Part shown: piece by piece, positions 58,867-64,000 of the stretch
Position numbering within the stretch: the first letter of the stretch is position 1
How the letters are laid out: each line of letters starts with the position of its first letter
DNA from: Chamaesiphon sp.
GTDB lineage: Bacteria > Cyanobacteriota > Cyanobacteriia > Cyanobacteriales > Chamaesiphonaceae
Direction of reading: 5' to 3'
Assembly: GCA_965246715.1 (NCBI GenBank)
Contig: CBDFFH010000055.1
Span: 96,001 to 160,000, forward strand
Length of the DNA: 64,000 nucleotides
Notes under the pieces: generated by a model
Told to the model about the DNA's origin: nothing
Seen by the model: only the letters and a program-made list of their open reading frames with translations
Databases searched by the model: none
Program-made: the position numbers and the translations under genes

Positions 58867-59193
58867 GTGCCCCAAGTCACCGCCCAAGGAAAAATCTTTA
58901 CCTGCGAACCGGAAGCCAATCTCCGTCAGGTCTTATTAGCTCATGAGGTAGATCTCTATAATGGTAATGCGAAAATCATCAATTGCATGGGAATCGGCAC
59001 CTGCGGCACCTGTGCGGTGCAAATTCAGGGTGAAGTATCGCTGACTAATTGGAAAGATATTACCCGAAGATCGCTACCACCCCATTCACTTACCAAAAAT
59101 CTGCGGCTTGCCTGTCAGACACAAGTTTTGGGCGATATCACTGTGACTAAATTTAACGCTTTTTGGGGACAAGGAAACAATCTTGTGTGGTAG
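58867..59193 (+). CDS. 2Fe-2S ferredoxin-like protein
   Basis: CMGIGTCGTC...RLACQ. Confidence 0.9.
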   Translation: MPQVTAQGKIFTCEPEANLRQVLLAHEVDLYNGNAKIINCMGIGTCGTCAVQIQGEVSLTNWKDITRRSLPPHSLTKNLRLACQTQVLGDITVTKFNAFWGQGNNLVW

Positions 59194-59340
59194 GCATACT
59201 CTGAAAATTTCTCTCCGTTCGCGTTGGCAGAGCGTTTGCCTTAGTAAAAGCGTCTAACTCAGCAGCGGATGGTTGTGTTGGTGGGTATAGATTTCAGTAA
59301 CTAATCGATCTCGCCAGTAATTAACGTGGGTCTCCAAGGG

Positions 59341-59387
59341 GTAGGACAAGTTTTGTTCGATCGCCAATATGGCGTAAACCTGCCCCT
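59341..59387. repeat. Degenerate REP/REPIN-like element
   Basis: gtaggacaagtttt...taaacctgcccct. Confidence 0.45.
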
Positions 59388-59431
59388 CTGATTCCGAAAT
59401 ATCGATCCACTCAGTAATCATAATCTTCTCA

Positions 59432-59965
59432 ATGACAAGTCAAATTTTTCACATTTCGCCGCTGATTCGGATTACCCTGAGTTTTTTGTATCTCTCACTC
59501 ACGATCCCCCTGCCATTTTTAGCTGCATTTACTCATGCAGAAGTATCCCCAAATCTAATTTGGGTGGGAATTGGCGTGGGATTTATGGCATTACAGGGCG
59601 CATTGAGTCAGCGAGTAGTCGTGGACGATCGATCGATCCAGGTTAATTATCCCGCCTGGGTGCCAAACTTTTTTACGAAGAGTTGGATGCTGGCTTGGAG
59701 TGATGTCAAAGAACTAAAAATGCGGACGACCGGACAAGGTGGATTGGTTTATTACTTTACAAACCAGACTGGACAAGGATTTTTACTACCGATGCGCGTC
59801 GCAGGCTTTAATAAATTGGTACAATTAGTCCAACAATATACCAAGATCGATACAACAGACATTCGCCCACTCGCTCAACCGTGGATGTATTTTGCATTAT
59901 TGGCACTGACTGGATTTTTATTACTAGTCGATACCTGGACGATTTGGACGGCGATGGCAAATTAA
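59432..59965 (+). CDS. Conserved cyanobacterial membrane protein
   Basis: ISPLIRITL, RTTGQGGLVYYF, LLPMRVAGF, PLAQPWMY. Confidence 0.8.
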   Translation: MTSQIFHISPLIRITLSFLYLSLTIPLPFLAAFTHAEVSPNLIWVGIGVGFMALQGALSQRVVVDDRSIQVNYPAWVPNFFTKSWMLAWSDVKELKMRTTGQGGLVYYFTNQTGQGFLLPMRVAGFNKLVQLVQQYTKIDTTDIRPLAQPWMYFALLALTGFLLLVDTWTIWTAMAN

Positions 59966-60048
59966 TGGGTAATTTCTACGATCCTTTGATAATTCAGATA
60001 ACAATGACAGGTTAATTGGTAATTTACAACTCGTAATTCATAATTTTT

Positions 60049-61566
60049 ATGGTTGACTCATTTGCCCAACATTATCACCAACGAACGAAATACGATCCAG
60101 ATACGATCGCATCAAAAAGTCAGGGGTTAGATTGGAGTAAGCAACCATCATCATCTAAAGAATATAAGATCGGCACGATTTACGATCTCAAGCCATATTT
60201 ACAATCGACTAAACAAGATCCCGATAGTCAGTGGTGGCAAAGATTATCGCTGTTTTTATTGTGCAGTTATGGCTTGACCGCACGCATCCAAACGATGGGC
60301 GAACCCATGTTTTTGCGAGCGGCTCCATCGGCGGGTGGATTGTATCCAGCCGAGATTTATTTGGTATCGCGGGGTAATAACTTATTACCCCCAGGATTGT
60401 ACAATTACCAGGTTAAAGAGCATACCCTCATTCACTTTTGGTCGAACGATGTCTGGCAAAACCTTCAAGTTGCTTGCTTTATGCATCCAGCTCTAAAAAT
60501 TGCCAACTTGACGATGATTACCACAGCGGTATTTTTTCGATCGGCATGGCGCTATCAAGATCGAGCTTATCGGCGCATTTTTCTCGATACCGGGCACTTA
60601 TTGGGAAATATCGGATTAGCTGGTTCGATGAATGGTTTCCGGCCTTATTTTATCGGTAGCTTTGTCGATCGATCGATTAACGAATTGCTCTATCTCAATA
60701 GTGAAGAAGAGGGTGCTGTTACAGTTATTCCGTGTATCGATCTCGAAGTTCATCCCGATCCAAACATTCCCTATTTTCCCACGGCATTGCCATCGCGAAT
60801 CAATTCAGAGTATCCAGATCTACCTGATGGTCAGTTATTAAATTACTGCCATCAAATGACTGAAATTACGGAGATGAGACAGCTTCCCGCCAATCCAGCG
60901 GACGTTCATCCCAGCCAATTAGATGATAAATATAATTTTCCGTTCTGTCTCAAGATTTCCACAGCAACCGCACCGATCGATTGGCAAGAGAATTTGCCGC
61001 TAGGTGGGTTGGAAGATACAATGCTCAAACGCCGTTCTACTCGTGCTTATTCAGGTGCAGATCTAAGCCTTGAGGAACTTACTGCGGTCTTAGATTTTAC
61101 CTATCAGCCCCAACATTATCGCGAACAACATTTAGATCCCGATCCTGATTATTTCGATTTGAGTTTAATTGAAACCTTCGTTGCTGTTTCTGGTGTTAGA
61201 GGATTGGATGAGGGCTGTTATTATTACGCACCAAAAGCGCAAGAGTTACGCCAAATCCGGTTTAAAAACTTTCGGAACGAACTGCATTATTTGTGCTTGG
61301 GACAAGACTTAGGCCGCGATGCTGGTGCGGTGATTTTTCATACCGCCGATCTGCAAGCGGCAATTCGGAAATATGGCGATCGGGTGTATCGTTATTTACA
61401 TTTGGATGCCGGACATTTAGGTCAAAGATTGAATCTAGCTGCCATTCGCTTAGAGCTAGGTGTGAGTGGAATTGCCGGATTTTTTGACGATCGAGTTAAT
61501 GAAGTTTTGGGTATTCCTGAAAGTGAAGCGGTATTGTACATCACCACTTTAGGTCGTCCGGCATAG
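60049..61566 (+). CDS. SagB/ThcOx-family (nitroreductase-fold) dehydrogenase
   Basis: YHQRTKY, RAAPSAGGLYPAE, RRSTR, YGDRVYRYLHLDAGHLGQ. Confidence 0.9.
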   Translation: MVDSFAQHYHQRTKYDPDTIASKSQGLDWSKQPSSSKEYKIGTIYDLKPYLQSTKQDPDSQWWQRLSLFLLCSYGLTARIQTMGEPMFLRAAPSAGGLYPAEIYLVSRGNNLLPPGLYNYQVKEHTLIHFWSNDVWQNLQVACFMHPALKIANLTMITTAVFFRSAWRYQDRAYRRIFLDTGHLLGNIGLAGSMNGFRPYFIGSFVDRSINELLYLNSEEEGAVTVIPCIDLEVHPDPNIPYFPTALPSRINSEYPDLPDGQLLNYCHQMTEITEMRQLPANPADVHPSQLDDKYNFPFCLKISTATAPIDWQENLPLGGLEDTMLKRRSTRAYSGADLSLEELTAVLDFTYQPQHYREQHLDPDPDYFDLSLIETFVAVSGVRGLDEGCYYYAPKAQELRQIRFKNFRNELHYLCLGQDLGRDAGAVIFHTADLQAAIRKYGDRVYRYLHLDAGHLGQRLNLAAIRLELGVSGIAGFFDDRVNEVLGIPESEAVLYITTLGRPA

Positions 61567-61893
61567 TCTAGTCGATCGCATCGCCACTGGTAAACTAAAG
61601 ATCGAATTGCTAACAACTGCATATTGTAAATAAATATATACTTTTGTCCCGCGCTCTTGGATAGTCGACCTCAGCAGTTGTATCTATATGAGGCAACCGC
61701 GCTAGCAGTTGTCATCGTACTATGTTGGAGGCGAGCGGCATGATTGGCTGGATTATCTGGGGTTCTGGTGGCAACTCGGTGGATTTAGGGGTGACGGAAC
61801 ACAAGCATTGTGAAATTTGCGAACGCGAACGTCCGTTTGCAACAGTATTACAATATCGATATGCACATCTCTATTGGGTATTTTCCTGGATTA

Positions 61894-63123
61894 CTCACAT
61901 CTTGCACCAGAATATAAGTACTAGATTTAGATCGAGACTAATTCCAAGGCAAGACCCTGCGAGAGCAGAAAGTCTCGCTTCCGATCGATTTCTACTAAAA
62001 GTAAACTCACTGCGATCTGTGGCATTAACTGTTGAAGTGCCAGCTCAGATTCCTGTCTCCACTCAGGCGGAAGGCTTACGTTTGAGGATAAATAGACCCA
62101 GTGGGTGAGTACAAAACTAATAAAGCTCAGAAGCAGCCAACGGTATACACCTAAAAGTGTTTGTTGACCGAAGCTAGCCAGCCCAAATCGATATTTAGCA
62201 GTCTTGAAAAATCCTTCAATTGCCCATCGACGACTGCCCCACCAAGCAATCGTACTGCCTTTAAGAGCGCGGGTCGAAATCACAAATCTTTTCTCCAACT
62301 TACCATCCCGTTTTAAGTAGAACCAGGAAGCCGTAACCACGCCCTCTAAACCTGATAGCTTAACTTGTTGACCCTTCTTGCCTAGCATCTTCATCTGTCT
62401 CCCATCTGCCAGTTTCCGGTTATTCGGTATACCAACAATTGCTTGATGACGAAGTTTTTTGACCCCGTTGAGGAATTCGACACTACTAAATCCAGTATCG
62501 GCCAATACTTGGACTCGAAAGCGGTAAGTGAGTTTCTTGGGCAAGGTGCGGAGCAATTTTAGCCCCAATTGAGCAGGAGTAGTTGTGCCTTTACCACGCC
62601 AGGAACGGAACGCCCAAGGTATTCTCCACTGTCCAACGACTAAGTACAGTACAACCAAATGCAGTCCTCGCTTACCGTTGAGAATATGTATCAACGTTGC
62701 AAATGCTTTGAATTTCCCCCTTTTCTCCAATGTAGTCAGATCGATAATTACCTGCAAGTAAGGTCTTTGTCCTTTGGCTGTGTAATTACTCAACTGTTTC
62801 AAAATATGTTGGCGAGTCGTACGAATCACGGCTCTGGTTGGCCACCCATATTCATTGAAAAATCTGCTCAAAGCCGCAGGTGATTTAATCACCCCATGTT
62901 CTGGTAACATTTGACCATTCTTAGGTTCCATAAATAGAGCGAAACTAGCTTGGAGACTAAGTTTCTGATAGGGACTGGGCATCAGCTCTAACAACGTGTA
63001 GAGTATTAATTGGGCGTACGGGAGAATGGTATTCACTGTTCTCATCAATGTTTTTACACGCCCTTTTTCTGATATTTTGACTCCTGCGAAAATCAGTTGT
63101 TATGTACTGGTGCAAGATGTGAG
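61894..63123 (-). mobile_element. IS701-like insertion sequence
   Basis: Perfect 17-bp TIR CTCACATCTTGCACCAG / CTGGTGCAAGATGTGAG; 4-bp TSD ATTA. Confidence 0.9.
61927..63048 (-). CDS. DDE transposase (IS701-like)
   Basis: IIDLTTLEK, LADTGF, RRWAIEGFFKTAK. Confidence 0.9.
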   Translation of the reverse strand: MMRTVNTILPYAQLILYTLLELMPSPYQKLSLQASFALFMEPKNGQMLPEHGVIKSPAALSRFFNEYGWPTRAVIRTTRQHILKQLSNYTAKGQRPYLQVIIDLTTLEKRGKFKAFATLIHILNGKRGLHLVVLYLVVGQWRIPWAFRSWRGKGTTTPAQLGLKLLRTLPKKLTYRFRVQVLADTGFSSVEFLNGVKKLRHQAIVGIPNNRKLADGRQMKMLGKKGQQVKLSGLEGVVTASWFYLKRDGKLEKRFVISTRALKGSTIAWWGSRRWAIEGFFKTAKYRFGLASFGQQTLLGVYRWLLLSFISFVLTHWVYLSSNVSLPPEWRQESELALQQLMPQIAVSLLLVEIDRKRDFLLSQGLALELVSI

Positions 63124-63410
63124 ATTACCGAAAAGCACTATTCGTTACTATGTACGATTTGCTCTAGGGGCTGGGAATTAAACGCGATCGAAGTTGAGAA
63201 AGCGCTACCAAACCATCCGATTCCCTTCATGCGACGGTGGGGCTGGGCTTTTTTAGTAGCTCCATTTGCATTTTTCTTGCTGCTTGGATCGATCGGTTCT
63301 CTATTTTCGCATCGGTAATCGTGCTGATACATGGGAGCTAAAATTGGGGGACTTGCGTCTATAAATCCTAGAGATAATCGCTAAAAATAGATATATTTAG
63401 GAGCTAAATC

Positions 63411-63749
63411 ATGATAACTAAAACGATTAAAACTTGGATTACTACTGCTAGTATAGCTTTAGCGATCGGGATATTTATTCAGACGCTCCCTACATTAGCA
63501 AATACAGAGAGTTTAAGTACAGTCAAGCCGCCGCTAGTTAGTCTTGAGGGTACGATTCACAAGTTAGCTGTGGAAGGAACTTGCTATCAACTAACTGCTA
63601 AGGATGGCAAAAATTACGAGCTGATGGGCAAGTTTCCCAAGCGCGATGGCGTAAAAGTTCAAGTAAGTGGAGTTGTCGCAACGGATGTTGCTACCATCTG
63701 TCAAGTCGGACAGCCATTTAAAGTCCGATCCGTCCGAGTTCTCCGATAA
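63411..63749 (+). CDS. Small secreted hypothetical protein
   Basis: Signal peptide; VEGTCYQL....Y and ATICQVG motifs; AGGAG RBS. Confidence 0.75.
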   Translation: MITKTIKTWITTASIALAIGIFIQTLPTLANTESLSTVKPPLVSLEGTIHKLAVEGTCYQLTAKDGKNYELMGKFPKRDGVKVQVSGVVATDVATICQVGQPFKVRSVRVLR

Positions 63750-64000
63750 ATTAGCAGTTCACGGCGCTAACGGGAAAGAGAAGGTGGAATTGCCCCCGCA
63801 CGAGCAGCCGAGATCGCGGAGGAGATCTATTTTCGATTAATTAATGTCGATGATGAAGTAACTAACCGCGAACAACTTACGGAACACGCCACAATTTGAT
63901 TGTGCCATCTAGACTTGCGCTAGCTAGTGTAGTGGAATGAAGATCGAACTCAATACTAGGCACCAAACTTGCGTGGTTTTCTAGAGATCGAGTCAATTTT

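Larger units (their letters stand above)
61740..63318 (+). pseudogene. Zinc-ribbon membrane protein gene interrupted by an IS
   Basis: Removing the IS and one ATTA restores the frame: ...HCEICE...FSWI|TEKHYSLLCTICSRGWEL...TM helix. Confidence 0.88.

Noticed and set aside
60049..61566. SagB/ThcOx gene as part of a RiPP (azole) cluster
   Set aside because: No YcaO cyclodehydratase, precursor peptide or transporter nearby; stand-alone copies are widespread in cyanobacteria.
656..63332. Numerous 60-155 aa ORFs antisense to or nested in long genes
   Set aside because: They overlap well-supported CDSs, carry no recognisable motifs, and are expected by chance.

Overview
Cyanobacterial chromosomal DNA. 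HIP1 (GCGATCGC) and other CGATCG-core octamers such as TCGATCGA are very dense; the gene set and style suggest a Chamaesiphon-like strain (inference, not verified). Most of the window is housekeeping: ybeY, priA, rlmN, cobT, argH, coaX, cdaA-uppS, lnt, cobU, ureC, cimA, tRNA-Leu(GAG) and a 6S RNA that the ORF track does not show. Accessory or unusual parts: (i) a purU remnant, a lone restriction-endonuclease-like Zn-finger gene and an NADH-type nirB-ORF-nirD operon behind a canonical NtcA class II promoter; (ii) a four-gene phosphorelay (RcaC-like regulator, cyanobacteriochrome-like kinase whose GAF lacks the canonical Cys, CheY-like protein, PatA-like protein with an extra receiver); (iii) a lipoprotein and Ser/Thr kinase pair sharing a recently duplicated extracytoplasmic domain, each followed by a conserved, covarying GNRA-hairpin motif with a Yfr1-like CTCACAC core; (iv) a triple-nested ISAs1[ISAs1[ISL3]] stack with every TIR and TSD recognisable, an IS4 inserted in a REP-like palindrome and an IS701-like element splitting a zinc-ribbon gene; (v) several MITE/REP-like repeat families and small ORFs below the ORF-track cutoff. 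No CRISPR array, rRNA, prophage or intron was seen.
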